Source: Verrucomicrobiales bacterium (lineage in GTDB: Bacteria > Verrucomicrobiota > Verrucomicrobiia > Verrucomicrobiales > V1-33). From it: a DNA stretch of 64,000 nt. This document shows positions 45,583-56,177 of this stretch, one piece after another. The first letter of the stretch is position 1, and every line of letters starts with the position of its first letter. Location of the stretch: contig JANOAV010000051.1 in NCBI GenBank assembly GCA_031411295.1, positions 1 to 64,000 of the forward strand, written 5' to 3'. Below the pieces are notes generated by a model that was not told the origin of the DNA, ran no database searches, and was given only the letters and a program-made list of their open reading frames with translations. The translations under genes and the position numbers were made by a program.

Positions 45583-47040
45583 ATGAAATATACGCTCCTT
45601 CTCCTCTCCTTACTGTTGCTAACCCCAGTGCCCGCGGCTGAGAAACCTAACGTCCTCTTCATTGCGGTGGATGATCTCAATCACTGGGTTGGGCATCTGG
45701 GACGTAACAAGCAAACGAAGACCCCCAACATCGACCGCCTGGCCGCCATGGGGATCACCTTCACCAACGCCCAGTGCGCGGCCCCGGTCTGCAATCCTTC
45801 GCGCGCAGCCCTGCTCAGCGGCAAGCGGCCCGGCACGACGGGAATTTATGACAATGGCATTCCGTTCATGGGGGTCCTCAAGCCCGAGGAATCACTCGTC
45901 ATGCAGTTTAAAAATGGAGGCTATGACACCCTCGGCACGGGCAAACTTTGGCATGGTGGCCTCGGCTGGAAGTCGCAGTGGACGACGACTCAACCAGAGT
46001 CCGTCAAGAAAGGTAAAATCAGCGATCGCAGCATCGGCGGCATTTCTTTTGGGCCGATCGTGGAGGGTGGCGACGAAGCCGTCTCCGACACTAGCATTGC
46101 CGACTATGGCATCGCAGAACTCGGCAAGACGCACGACCAACCATTCTTCCTGACTCTCGGATTCCATAAGCCGCACATGCCTTGGAATGTCCCGCAGAAA
46201 TACTATGACATGCATCCGCTGGCGGACATCCAGCTGCCACCCACCAAGGAAGGGGATCTCTCCGATGTCCCTCCCGCAGGCATCAAAATGGCCAAATCCA
46301 CGGGCGATCACGCTGACGTCCTCGCTTCAGGTCGCTGGAAAGAAGCCGTCCAGGCCTATCTGGCTAGCATCTCCTATCTGGATGGGCAAATCGGCCGCGT
46401 GCTCGATGCTTACGAAAAGTCATCGCACAAGGCGAACACCATCATCGTCTTCTGGGGCGATCACGGTTGGCATCTCGGTGAGAAAGAACATTGGCGGAAA
46501 TTTACCCTCTGGGAAGAAGCGGCCCGCGCCCCCTTCATCTGGGTCGTCCCTGGCGTGACCAAGCCCGGCAGCGTTTGTCAAAGCCCGGTGGATTTCATGA
46601 GCGTCTATCCCACGCTCTGCGACCTCACCGCCTTGCCCAAACCCACTTGGCTTGAGGGCGACAACATCAAACCCTTGCTCACCGATCCCGCCGCCGCCTG
46701 GACCGGAGTTGGCATCACCACCTTCGGGCGAAACAACCATGCCGTCCGCACGGACCGCTGGCGTTACATCCGCTATGCTGACGGCGGAGAAGAACTCTAT
46801 GATCACAGCAATGACCAATACGAGTGGACAAACCTCGCCACCAAACCGGAGCACGCCGCCCTCAAAGCCGAACTCGCCAAACGCCTTCCCAGCATCAATC
46901 AGCCCGATGGCCCCAAAGGCAAGATGAGCGACAACGAAGGCGATCCCAGTGGCGAAACTCCCCCAGTGGAAGAGAAAAAGGGCAAGAACAAGAAAGGCAA
47001 GAACGCCAAAGCGGAGCAGACCGAAGCACCGAAACCATGA
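45583..47040 (+). CDS. Sulfatase (Cys-type, exported)
   Basis: KPNVLFIAVDDL, CNPSRAALLSG, GFHKPH, WGDHGWHLGEK. Confidence 0.95.
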   Translation: MKYTLLLLSLLLLTPVPAAEKPNVLFIAVDDLNHWVGHLGRNKQTKTPNIDRLAAMGITFTNAQCAAPVCNPSRAALLSGKRPGTTGIYDNGIPFMGVLKPEESLVMQFKNGGYDTLGTGKLWHGGLGWKSQWTTTQPESVKKGKISDRSIGGISFGPIVEGGDEAVSDTSIADYGIAELGKTHDQPFFLTLGFHKPHMPWNVPQKYYDMHPLADIQLPPTKEGDLSDVPPAGIKMAKSTGDHADVLASGRWKEAVQAYLASISYLDGQIGRVLDAYEKSSHKANTIIVFWGDHGWHLGEKEHWRKFTLWEEAARAPFIWVVPGVTKPGSVCQSPVDFMSVYPTLCDLTALPKPTWLEGDNIKPLLTDPAAAWTGVGITTFGRNNHAVRTDRWRYIRYADGGEELYDHSNDQYEWTNLATKPEHAALKAELAKRLPSINQPDGPKGKMSDNEGDPSGETPPVEEKKGKNKKGKNAKAEQTEAPKP

Positions 47041-47215
47041 AGGAGCGCGAGGGCGCACTCCTTAGAGCGTGTTTGATAACTTGTTACAATTGTAGGGGGA
47101 GGCCCTCGCTCCCCTCATTGTAAAAGGAGCGCCTCCGCTGCGAGTCAAGTGGACGTGATTACTGGGGACGAGGGCGTCCCCGAAACGATGATTGAGAGCG
47201 GGGCGCTCCCACTAC
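47040..47215. repeat. Cluster of REP-like GC-rich hairpins
   Basis: AAGGAGCGCGAGGGCGCACTCCTT (47040-47063), GTAG-led hairpin (47092-47114), GGGGACG-AGGG-CGTCCCC (47164-47181), GAGCG-GGG-CGCTC..CTAC (47196-47215). Confidence 0.65.
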
Positions 47216-47356
47216 GCAGTGGTGCCCGCTCGCTTTCCCGTGGCGTTCAGGAAAATTAACGGTAGCCTCCCGCTCGGCATCGTGCTTGATTTTAAACTGC
47301 GGTCCTCGTCGGGGGCTGTCACCACTTCCCTCTCTTTCCTAAATTGACTTATTCCT

Positions 47357-48619
47357 ATGGCTTCTAAAAAATCTGCTCCCAAGAAATCCGCCTCCAAGAG
47401 CAAACCCTGGGCTTCACCGATGCCCGATGACCAATTCGAGCGCATGCGCGCCATCCTCGCAGCGCCCAGCCCTATTGGGATGGAAGCCGCCATGTCCACT
47501 GGGGTCATTGAGCCCATGATGCGCTCGTTCATGCCGCAAGATTGGGCCATTCATCGTTTCAAAGGCCACGCTGGCTTGGTGCTCGATACCCATCCCGGTG
47601 ACACCACGCCGCCTAGCATTATGCTCGTCGGCCATGCCGATAAGATCCGCATGCAGGTCCGCAGCATCGCAGAAGATGGTAAAATTTACATCAACACCGA
47701 CTCCTTCCTGCCCAACGTGATTGTCGGCCATGAAGTGCTGCTATTCACGGAACAACCCGAAAAGCCCGGCCACTGGCGTCGCATCGAAGGTGGAACCATC
47801 GAAGCCATCGGAGCCATCCACTTCAGCGAACTCGCGCAGCGCTCGGGTGAAAAGGGGCTCTCGCCCGAATCAATTTACCTTGAGTTGCAAATGCATGGGG
47901 AAAAGCCCAAGAAGCGGTTGGAGAAATTGGGTATCAAGGCTGGTGACCCGATCATTCTGCACCGTCCCATCAAGCGCGGCTTCAGCCCTGACACCTACTA
48001 CGGGGCGTATTTGGACAACGGTCTGGGTTGCTTCATGGTGACGGAACTCGGGCGACTGCTGGCCAAGAGTCCGCTCAAAAATTTGCGCGTTCTGCTGGCC
48101 ATCGCCACCCATGAGGAAATCGGCCGCTTCGGGGCCGCCGCGCTGGCGGGTGATTTCAAGCCGGATGTGCTCATCGGCACGGATGTCGGCCACGATTACG
48201 AAGCCGCACCTAACCTGACGACCAAACGCATGAACCCCGAAGCCATGGGTAAAGGTTTCGCGCTTACGGTCGGCTCGATTGTTACCCCATATTTGAACCA
48301 GTTGATCATGGAGGCCTGCCAGCAGGCTGGCATTCCCGTGCAGACCGCAGTCGTCGGACGCGACACCGGCACCGATGCCATGGGAGCCGCTCTAGCCGGT
48401 TTCGACTGCGTGGCCACCAGCATTGGCTTCCCTATCCGCAACATGCACACCATCAGTGAGACCGGTCACACCAGCGATGTGCTGGGAGCCCTCCACGGAA
48501 TGTTCGCCAGCCTGCATTACCTGGATGGCATGAATAAAGGCAAGGGCGTGACCCGGGAAGATTTCAAGAAAAACCATCCCCGCCTGGACCGCACTACCAA
48601 GCTCGAGAGCGGGTGGTAA
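47357..48619 (+). CDS. M42-like (M20/M25/M40 clan) metallopeptidase
   Basis: VGHADKI, LDNGLG, THEEIG, TDVGH, TGTDAM, IRNMHT. Confidence 0.88.
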   Translation: MASKKSAPKKSASKSKPWASPMPDDQFERMRAILAAPSPIGMEAAMSTGVIEPMMRSFMPQDWAIHRFKGHAGLVLDTHPGDTTPPSIMLVGHADKIRMQVRSIAEDGKIYINTDSFLPNVIVGHEVLLFTEQPEKPGHWRRIEGGTIEAIGAIHFSELAQRSGEKGLSPESIYLELQMHGEKPKKRLEKLGIKAGDPIILHRPIKRGFSPDTYYGAYLDNGLGCFMVTELGRLLAKSPLKNLRVLLAIATHEEIGRFGAAALAGDFKPDVLIGTDVGHDYEAAPNLTTKRMNPEAMGKGFALTVGSIVTPYLNQLIMEACQQAGIPVQTAVVGRDTGTDAMGAALAGFDCVATSIGFPIRNMHTISETGHTSDVLGALHGMFASLHYLDGMNKGKGVTREDFKKNHPRLDRTTKLESGW

Positions 48620-48872
48620 TTCCAAGTAGCGTTCAAGATGAGATCTTCTCAGATCCCTCCGGGATCACCTCAGATTGAACGCAACTTTGAATTGGTCCAC
48701 CTCATCGCATCTCCGCCAGGTCCAAAAGCCGCACTCGGTGGTGCTCATGCCACTGCTGAAGCGGATCCTTTGCAGGCGGTTCCTACTTGCTGGCAACATC
48801 TGCTGCCGACCCTCCCTATCCGCGAAAGCGCACCGGACTAGGGCTTGTCGGGACGAGGGAAATTTGATTCCA

Positions 48873-51452
48873 ATGATGTCTATGTTCACTCCCTTTTTCC
48901 TCCTGCAGCGGCTTGTCATTGTTTTGCTGTTAGTCATGGGACCGAGCGCTGTCAGCGCGGAAGGAGTGTTCTTTCGGATCAAGCTGGCGGAACCAATGGA
49001 TCAGCCATGGCACGCCAAGATTGGCGGGCATATCCACGTGGATCCTTGGTCGATGGCGGGGGCGGTGCTGCCGGTGGGAGCGGATAAGGCTCCGGCCAAG
49101 CAGGTCATGCCGGGGCAGTTTAGTCCTTGGTTTGATTTGGTGGGTCATGCCGGGGCCAAAATTCATGGCAAGCACAGCCGGGCCGGTGGCATCGCAGAGT
49201 TTCCCAATATCACGCTGCAATTTTCCACTCCAGCGGACGGGAAAATGGCCATCGCCATTGAGCTGGCGACGGCCCCTAACGAGGCTGCGGTAGTAAAGCG
49301 GATGGAAGAGAAGTTCACGGGAAATCTAACCAGTTTTTTGGTTTCCGCCGATTTGAAAAAGGATGCCGCTGAATTGGAAACCGCCAGTCAAATGACCGCC
49401 CGCCACCTGCAGTGGGCTCGTGAGGCCAGTGGAGGCAAGCGCACGGCTCCGGAAAAACTGTGGGTGCAAACGCAGTTCTGGAGTCCGCAGCGCCCGGAAC
49501 TGAACGTGCAGGAGGCGGAAGTGCTTTGGCTGCTGGGATTCAATCTTGTGGGCGGCACTACGCCAGAGATGACGGAGAAATTTTCCTTTCGCAAACCCGG
49601 CGGTCACCAATGGGTGGAATTTGGTCCCGCCCTGAGCCGTGAGGATTGTGCCAGGCAAATCACGGAGCCAGCCAAGAAAGCCACGCCGGGGTCGCATCCC
49701 ACGCTGTTTGGCTTCTCGGATGAGATCGCCTGCCGACCGCCCATTGGCAAGGATCCGAAGGCCACGGTCAATTTTCGGGAATGGCTCAAGCTGAACAAAA
49801 TTTCCCCAGCCGAACTCGGCGTCTCCTCGCTGGATGACGTGCTCCCAATCGAATCTCCCGCTGACTTGCTGGCGCGGCAGAAAGTCGACCCAGCCGCAGC
49901 GAATCGGACCTTCACGTGGACCACACGGTTCCGCCATGAATCCGCTAACGAACGTATTCATTGGCTCAACGAGACATTTCACCAGCATGCTCCGCCGGGC
50001 GTGCTAACATCAACCTTGGTGGCGGATCACCCTTATTTTGGCGGATCGGGGCTCGGCATGGGCATGGCGACGGAAAACACCACTTGGGGCGGATTCCCGC
50101 TTTCCTTGGACTGGTTTGCCATGGCGCGGGATCGCGTCGTCGATGTCATCGGCATCGAAGACTGGCTGGGGCTCGACTACATGTATGGTCCGTCGTCAAC
50201 GTGGGAGGGATTTCAGTTGATTGGTTTCCAAGCCGCCATGATGCGCAGTGGGAGTCGTGGGGAAATTCCGATCATCACGTGGATCACGCCCAGCGATGAA
50301 AAGAACCTTCGGCTCAAGAGTGCCTCGGCGCTTTGTCAGGGCGGGAAACATTTCTTTTACTGGACTTACGGTCCCACCGCCACCAGCACCGAAAACTACT
50401 GGAGTGACCTCCGGGGGGCCTATGATGGCATTGTCCATCTCAATCGCCAACTGGCGGGCTCCGAGCATCTCATCGCCTCCGGGAAACCTCGCAAAACCAA
50501 GGTCGCGCTCCTCTACAGTCTTTCCAGTGACCTCTGGCAACCGTTGGGGTATCTGTCGATGGCCGAACGCCGGCTCACGTATTTCTCGCTCATCCATGAC
50601 CAGTATCTCGTAGACATGCTAACCGAACAGGATGTGACATCAGGCCGCCTGGAGGAATACGATGTCCTCTACTGCGCAGACCCGTGCATTTCCGGCAGGA
50701 GTTGTCAGGTGATCAGCGATTGGGTGAGCCAGGGCGGCTCGATCTACGGCTCTGGTGCAGCAGGCGGGCGCAATGAATTCGGTGAGCCTCACGAGGGACT
50801 GTCGCGTGTTTTCGGATTGCAGCCGGGCCTTGACGTGACGGTGCAGAAAGGCCGCTTCGATTTGCGCGGAGCGCTGAACGACCTGCCATGGCTCGACGAG
50901 GTGAAGCTCGCAAACGGAACCAGCGTGGGCGCGCTCGGTCTCAAGGCGGTGGTTACCGCTGCGGGAGCGAAAGTCACCGGCACCTTCAAAGACGGATCGC
51001 CCGCCGTGTTGGCACACACCTTTGGCAAAGGCCATGCCCGCTACATCGCGACCTGTCCGGGCGTCTCGTATGCCAAGGACGCAAAATTCGTGAGCGACGC
51101 GCTGAAAGAGCAATGGCCAGCGGGGCAGCGGGAGTGGATCAACGCCACCGCTGCCGAGGCTGGAGCGCAGCGGCTGGTCCAATTGTCGCACTCGGTCGTC
51201 GAAGCTGGAATTTTTGATTCCGCTGCGGGCACCGCACTCATCCTGGCAAATTTTCAATACACCCCCATCGCTGAACTCACGGTGCAGATCCCCCTGCACA
51301 AAGCGCCAGCCAAGGTGATCTCCATGGAAAAAGGCGCGTTGCCATTCAGCTTGGTTGCCCCTAACGCGAAACTGGCCGCCGCAGGTTTCGCGACCGTGGC
51401 CAAGTTCACGCTGCCGCTGGGCTGGAATGACATCGTAACCATGGATTTTTAA
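48873..51452 (+). CDS. Exported GH42-like protein with beta-galactosidase trimerisation domain
   Basis: Signal peptide after MMSMF; FSDEI; KVALLYSLSSDLW, LEEYDVLY...WVSQGG, HTFGKGHARY. Confidence 0.7.
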   Translation: MMSMFTPFFLLQRLVIVLLLVMGPSAVSAEGVFFRIKLAEPMDQPWHAKIGGHIHVDPWSMAGAVLPVGADKAPAKQVMPGQFSPWFDLVGHAGAKIHGKHSRAGGIAEFPNITLQFSTPADGKMAIAIELATAPNEAAVVKRMEEKFTGNLTSFLVSADLKKDAAELETASQMTARHLQWAREASGGKRTAPEKLWVQTQFWSPQRPELNVQEAEVLWLLGFNLVGGTTPEMTEKFSFRKPGGHQWVEFGPALSREDCARQITEPAKKATPGSHPTLFGFSDEIACRPPIGKDPKATVNFREWLKLNKISPAELGVSSLDDVLPIESPADLLARQKVDPAAANRTFTWTTRFRHESANERIHWLNETFHQHAPPGVLTSTLVADHPYFGGSGLGMGMATENTTWGGFPLSLDWFAMARDRVVDVIGIEDWLGLDYMYGPSSTWEGFQLIGFQAAMMRSGSRGEIPIITWITPSDEKNLRLKSASALCQGGKHFFYWTYGPTATSTENYWSDLRGAYDGIVHLNRQLAGSEHLIASGKPRKTKVALLYSLSSDLWQPLGYLSMAERRLTYFSLIHDQYLVDMLTEQDVTSGRLEEYDVLYCADPCISGRSCQVISDWVSQGGSIYGSGAAGGRNEFGEPHEGLSRVFGLQPGLDVTVQKGRFDLRGALNDLPWLDEVKLANGTSVGALGLKAVVTAAGAKVTGTFKDGSPAVLAHTFGKGHARYIATCPGVSYAKDAKFVSDALKEQWPAGQREWINATAAEAGAQRLVQLSHSVVEAGIFDSAAGTALILANFQYTPIAELTVQIPLHKAPAKVISMEKGALPFSLVAPNAKLAAAGFATVAKFTLPLGWNDIVTMDF

Positions 51453-51453
51453 A

Positions 51454-52281
51454 ATGATAACCATTGCCTCCCTCCATCTTTATCCCGTGAAGTCGCTGCG
51501 TGGGTTCTCGGTCAACGTTGCTGAGATCGATGCACTTGGTTTCGTAGGGGATCGACGTTTCCTCGTGGTGGACGAGACCGGGCGATTCATCACCCAACGC
51601 ACCGTGCCGCAGATGGCGATCGTTGCGACTACCCTCAGCGACGGGTTCCTCACGTTGACGGCGGAGGGCTTTGGCAATATTTCCGTGCCCCTCGCGCCAG
51701 ATCCCACTGCGCCCACCGTGGCTGTTAGTGTCTGGAGCGATGACGGCCTGCTCGCGGAAGACTGCGGCAGCGCAGTCGGTGCCTGGTTGACGAACGTGCT
51801 AACCACTCCGTGTCGGTTAGTGCGGATCGGCCCGGCCTTCCGGCGCCCGGTGGAGCGGGGCACCGCGCATCCGGGGGACCGCTTCTCCTTTGCGGATGGG
51901 GCTCCCCTGCTCGTCACCACCACCGCTTCGCTTCAGGAACTCAATCGACGCCTTGCGGCAACCGACGGTGCGCCCGTGACCATGGATCGCTTCCGTCCTA
52001 ACCTGGTGCTCGACGGTGGTGCGCCCTTTGCGGAAGACTACTGGAGCGCTCTGGACGTGGCCGGAGCTCGCTTCCGCGCGGCCGGTCCCTGCTCCCGCTG
52101 CCTCGTCATCACGGCGGATCAGTTTACGGGCCAACGCGGCAAGGAACCACTCAAAACCCTGACCACCTTCAGGCGCACAGTCCTTGATTCACCTTCAGTC
52201 CACTTCGGCGTGAATCTCATTCAAGAAAGCAAATCCGGCCTCGTGCGCGTCGGTGATCCCGTGGTCGTGACCTGCCTGTAG
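51454..52281 (+). CDS. MOSC domain protein (YcbX-like)
   Basis: LYPVKSLRG, GDRRF, FADGAP, RFRPNLV, PCSRC. Confidence 0.93.
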   Translation: MITIASLHLYPVKSLRGFSVNVAEIDALGFVGDRRFLVVDETGRFITQRTVPQMAIVATTLSDGFLTLTAEGFGNISVPLAPDPTAPTVAVSVWSDDGLLAEDCGSAVGAWLTNVLTTPCRLVRIGPAFRRPVERGTAHPGDRFSFADGAPLLVTTTASLQELNRRLAATDGAPVTMDRFRPNLVLDGGAPFAEDYWSALDVAGARFRAAGPCSRCLVITADQFTGQRGKEPLKTLTTFRRTVLDSPSVHFGVNLIQESKSGLVRVGDPVVVTCL

Positions 52282-52425
52282 TTCCAAGGTCTTAAGCAAC
52301 GTAGTTAGGGACTTTAGTCCGTAACCCGCCCATCCAGCGATCTTGCCGATCCACTGGCGCGCGGACTAAAGTGTGGCACTACTTTCCTAAATTGACAAAC
52401 TGGCAGCAAGCGCCTCCCGTCTCGC

Positions 52426-53190
52426 ATGACCACCGTTTCCTCCCTGCCCCTAATCCTGCTGCCCACCTGTCGTCGCGAGATCGAAGGCCGACGCTGGCAG
52501 GCGGTGCCCGAGCCCTACAGCGAAGCCGTCCGACTAGCCGGTTGCCAGCCACTGATGGTCACGGCTGCCGGAGCAGAGGAACTACAGAACCTGCTACATC
52601 TCGCGAGCGGCATCCTCCTGCCAGGCTCAGCCAACAACGTGCATCCATCCCATTTCGACGAAGCAGTGCTTGATGACACTCTGCCGCTGGATCCGCAGCG
52701 AGATGACTTCACGCTGCCCTTGATCCGTCAGGCCATCGCACTCGGGATTCCGCTGTTAGGCATTTGCCGTGGCCACCAGGAAATCAACGTCGCGCTCGGC
52801 GGCAGCCTGCACCAAGCCATCCATCGGATCCCCGGCCATGACAATCACCAGCCTCACGAAGCGGAACCGGCAGCCGTGCGGTATGGCCCGGCCCATGAAG
52901 TGGAAATTACGCCCGGCGGTCTGCTGGAGCGCGTGCTTAATTGCCGACGTGTGCTGGTGAATTCGGTCCACGGCCAAGGCATCAATCGCTTGGCTCCCGG
53001 CCTGTGTATCGAAGCGCGAGCACCCGATGGGGTGATCGAAGCCATCACCCTGCCCACCGCCCCGGGGTTTAATCTCGGCGTGCAATGGCATCCCGAATGG
53101 TTAGCCTCCAACAATCCCGTTTCCATGGCTATTTTCCAAGCCTTTGGCCAAGCCTGCAAGACCTTCCATAATAGCGGAAGAACCAGGTAG
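52426..53190 (+). CDS. Gamma-glutamyl-gamma-aminobutyrate hydrolase family (peptidase C26, PuuD-like)
   Basis: LLGICRGHQEINVALGGSL, VNSVHGQG, GVQWHPE. Confidence 0.9.
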   Translation: MTTVSSLPLILLPTCRREIEGRRWQAVPEPYSEAVRLAGCQPLMVTAAGAEELQNLLHLASGILLPGSANNVHPSHFDEAVLDDTLPLDPQRDDFTLPLIRQAIALGIPLLGICRGHQEINVALGGSLHQAIHRIPGHDNHQPHEAEPAAVRYGPAHEVEITPGGLLERVLNCRRVLVNSVHGQGINRLAPGLCIEARAPDGVIEAITLPTAPGFNLGVQWHPEWLASNNPVSMAIFQAFGQACKTFHNSGRTR

Positions 53191-53228
53191 AGTGTGGAGC
53201 CGTCCGCTGGACTGCGCTACTCTTTCCA

Positions 53229-53249
53229 GATCAGCCCAGCGGGCTGATC
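53229..53249. terminator. Perfect 9-bp hairpin between convergent genes (terminator or REP)
   Basis: GATCAGCCC-AGC-GGGCTGATC; no clear U-tract. Confidence 0.4.
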
Positions 53250-53279
53250 CGCCTTCGCTGGCGGTGGTAAACTTCGTCG

Positions 53280-53300
53280 TTGGTTATTGGTTATTGGTTA
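53280..53300. repeat. Heptamer tandem repeat (TTGGTTA)x3
   Basis: Directly visible in intergenic region. Confidence 0.75.
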
Positions 53301-53571
53301 TTCGTAAATCCTTCCGGCTTGCATCCTCCAGAGCGGATTGGCGGCGGGGCGCTGCCGACTGAGGACAGGCGGCACACGTTGTTTAGAACGTGTCCCGGCT
53401 GTCCTCAGCCGGGAGCAAGGGCTGCGCAGGCACCTGCTGGTTCAACCCGCAGGGATCATCCGCTGGAGTTCCGCCTTCAGGCGTTGGAGCACTCTGGGCC
53501 ACTGCTGCCTGCCTATGGTTTTGAGCCGTCGAGCCGACTGCTCCACGTTCGCTTGGCATGAGTTGGGGTTT

Positions 53572-54516
53572 TCAGACGCGGGGGCGCGTCTGCCACACTA
53601 ACTGCGCGGTGGCGAGATCTCCTAACGCGGCTCCGACGGATTTGAAGAGGGTGATTTCATCCTGGGTGGAGCGACCGGGGACGCGCTGGGCGCAGAGATC
53701 GGCTAGTTCTCCGATGATGGTTTCCGGGGTGAATTTTCCTTCCTGTATGGGGAGGAGAATTTCCCCTGCTTCCTTGAGGCAGTTGGCAAAGGTATCGACA
53801 TAAACCCGGGAGCGCAGGATGGCCTCGGTATCGCATTCGCGCTGGTTGGCGTGGTGGTTCCCCAAGCAATCCACATGGGTGCCCGGCCGCAACCAACGGC
53901 CCTGCAACAGAATGGCAGGCGAGCCAGTGGCACAGACGATCAGATCTGCTTCCGCGCAGGCGGATTCCAGGGACGACACCACCGAGAACGCTATTTCCGG
54001 CAGCTCAGCTTGCATCCGCGCGCTGAGGGCTTGGGCCTTGGTGGCCTCCCGTCCCCAGAGCAAGACCCGACGCACGGGTCGCACGGAGGCATGGGCATGG
54101 ATGAGATACGGGGCGAGTTGGCCGGTGCCGGCTAGCAGCAAGGTGGCCGCATCCTCACGCGCTAAATATTTCGCAGCGAGGGCGGAAATTCCCGCCGTGC
54201 GCCAATAGGTCACGCTGGTGCCATCAACGAGCGCCAAAGGCTGTCCGTGCTGGCGGTCGAACAGGAGGATCTGCGCATAGAGCGACGCATGGGGCGGACT
54301 GTTTTGGGGAAAATAGGTGAACGCCTTCACGGCAATCACGGAATCATTCCACGCGGGTAGCAGGGCGAAGGCATCGTGGTTCACGGACTCGGTGGAAAGG
54401 CGCATGACATTCCGTGGCGGCATGGTGAATGCGCCGGCATAGGCCTGCTCCAACGCTTGCAAAACCGTGGGACAGGAAAGGGCGGCATGAACTTGCTCAG
54501 CAGTGATAACGATCAT
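53572..54516 (-). CDS. Ornithine cyclodeaminase/mu-crystallin family, LhpI-like pyrroline-2-carboxylate reductase
   Basis: ITAEQVH, NHDAFALLPAWN, KAFTYFP, VDGTSVTYWRTA, HVDCLGNH, TLFKSVG. Confidence 0.85.
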   Translation of the reverse strand: MIVITAEQVHAALSCPTVLQALEQAYAGAFTMPPRNVMRLSTESVNHDAFALLPAWNDSVIAVKAFTYFPQNSPPHASLYAQILLFDRQHGQPLALVDGTSVTYWRTAGISALAAKYLAREDAATLLLAGTGQLAPYLIHAHASVRPVRRVLLWGREATKAQALSARMQAELPEIAFSVVSSLESACAEADLIVCATGSPAILLQGRWLRPGTHVDCLGNHHANQRECDTEAILRSRVYVDTFANCLKEAGEILLPIQEGKFTPETIIGELADLCAQRVPGRSTQDEITLFKSVGAALGDLATAQLVWQTRPRV

Positions 54517-54575
54517 GCCAACAACGTGACGCGGCAGCCCGCAGCGTCAACTGGCTCGTGAAGCCGCAGTCCCGC

Positions 54576-56177
54576 TTACGCCATGGCACTAACGAGCAAC
54601 CCCACGAGGATGGCGAGGGCGACACTATGAAAGAACACATAGCGCAAAATTTTACCTTCCAGGCCGGCGGCATCGGTGGCGGTGCTGGCGACGACAATAC
54701 TCTGGGCGTCGATCATTTTACCCATGACCCCGCCGGAACTATTGGCCGCGCACATGAGCACGGGGTCGATACCCAATTGCTGGCTGGTGATTTTCTGGAG
54801 GCCGCCGAAAAGGACATTCGAGGCGGTGTCGGACCCGGTGAGGGCGGCGCCCAGCCAGCCGAGCAGGGTGCCGAAGAAAGGATACAATCCCCCCGTCTGA
54901 GCCAGCGCGAGTCCCATCGTGGCATCGGCGCCACAATATTTCGTAACGGTCCCTAACGCCAGCATACAGCAAATGGTCAGCAGAGACCAGCGTGCTTTGA
55001 AAACGGCTCCGCACCAGGCGCCAATGATTTCGCGCAGGGAGAAACGCAGCCAGAGGCCGACGATGAGGCCCGCTACGAGGATGCCAGTGCCGGTAGCGGA
55101 CAGTGGGTTGAGCTTATAGAAGACGTCATCTGGCTTGGCTCCCGGAAGCGCCACCGGGGCCGCGCGCATCACTTCCTGATGCAGCACCGGCACGCCTACC
55201 TTGGTGCTCCACAAACTATCCAGCGCCTCCTTGACTGGTTTCAATCCCCAGAGAAAAACCACCACGGACAGAACTAACCAGGGAATCCAAGCCCGGGTCG
55301 ATCTCGTGGGCATAGCCGCCGAGGCAGACACCACCGTCTCCGCTGACACATCCTTGGGACGCCAGCACCGGAGGAACAACAGCAAGGCTCCGGCACTGCT
55401 TAGGGATGCCACCAGATCCACCAAGGCTGGACCATGATAGGTAGCCATGAGGTATTGCGGCACCGCGAAAGCCAAGCCAGCAATGACGGCGGCGGGCCAG
55501 ACTCCGAGCCACCCGCGGAAGCCGGACATGGCGACGACACACCAACTGGGAATGATCAGTGCGAAGAGTGGCAATTGTTTCCCGACCATGGCGGACAATT
55601 CCCGGACATCCAAGCCCGTGACTTCCGCCAGGGTATAGATGGGCGTGCCCAGTGAACCAAAAGCCACAGGCGCGGTGTTGGCAATGAGACTCAAACAGCA
55701 GGCCTGTAATGCCGGAAATCCCAAGCGAACCAAGATGGCACTGGAAACAGCCACGGGAGCCCCAAAGCCCGCCGCGCCCTCAAAGAACGCGCCAAAGCAA
55801 AACGCGATCAGAATGACCTGAATCCGAGGGTCCGGAGCCAGGCGCAGTAAATTCCCCTTCAACAGCTCGAACAAACCACGACGGACGTTCAACTCGTAGA
55901 GGAAAAGTAAATTGAGGATGATCCAACCGATCGGAAACAGGCCCAAGGCCGCACCGTAGCCAGCCGCCGCGCAACCGAGGGCCACGGGCATCCCAAAGCC
56001 GATGATGGCCACGCCCATTGCCACCACCAACCCCAGCATGGCGGCACGGTGAATGGGCACTTTGCCGCAGGCAATGAGCCCGAGCAACGCCAGCACAGGC
56101 AAAGCAGCACAGGCAGTGGAAAGCCAGGGATTGCCCAGCGGGTCATAATTTTGGAGCCAACCGATCATGGCGCGCAT
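54576..56177 (-). CDS. lldP: L-lactate permease
   Basis: QNYDPLGN, FGAFFEGAAGFGAP, ANTAPVAFG, GSDTASNVLFG, GGVMGKMIDAQS. Confidence 0.92.
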   Translation of the reverse strand: MRAMIGWLQNYDPLGNPWLSTACAALPVLALLGLIACGKVPIHRAAMLGLVVAMGVAIIGFGMPVALGCAAAGYGAALGLFPIGWIILNLLFLYELNVRRGLFELLKGNLLRLAPDPRIQVILIAFCFGAFFEGAAGFGAPVAVSSAILVRLGFPALQACCLSLIANTAPVAFGSLGTPIYTLAEVTGLDVRELSAMVGKQLPLFALIIPSWCVVAMSGFRGWLGVWPAAVIAGLAFAVPQYLMATYHGPALVDLVASLSSAGALLLFLRCWRPKDVSAETVVSASAAMPTRSTRAWIPWLVLSVVVFLWGLKPVKEALDSLWSTKVGVPVLHQEVMRAAPVALPGAKPDDVFYKLNPLSATGTGILVAGLIVGLWLRFSLREIIGAWCGAVFKARWSLLTICCMLALGTVTKYCGADATMGLALAQTGGLYPFFGTLLGWLGAALTGSDTASNVLFGGLQKITSQQLGIDPVLMCAANSSGGVMGKMIDAQSIVVASTATDAAGLEGKILRYVFFHSVALAILVGLLVSAMA

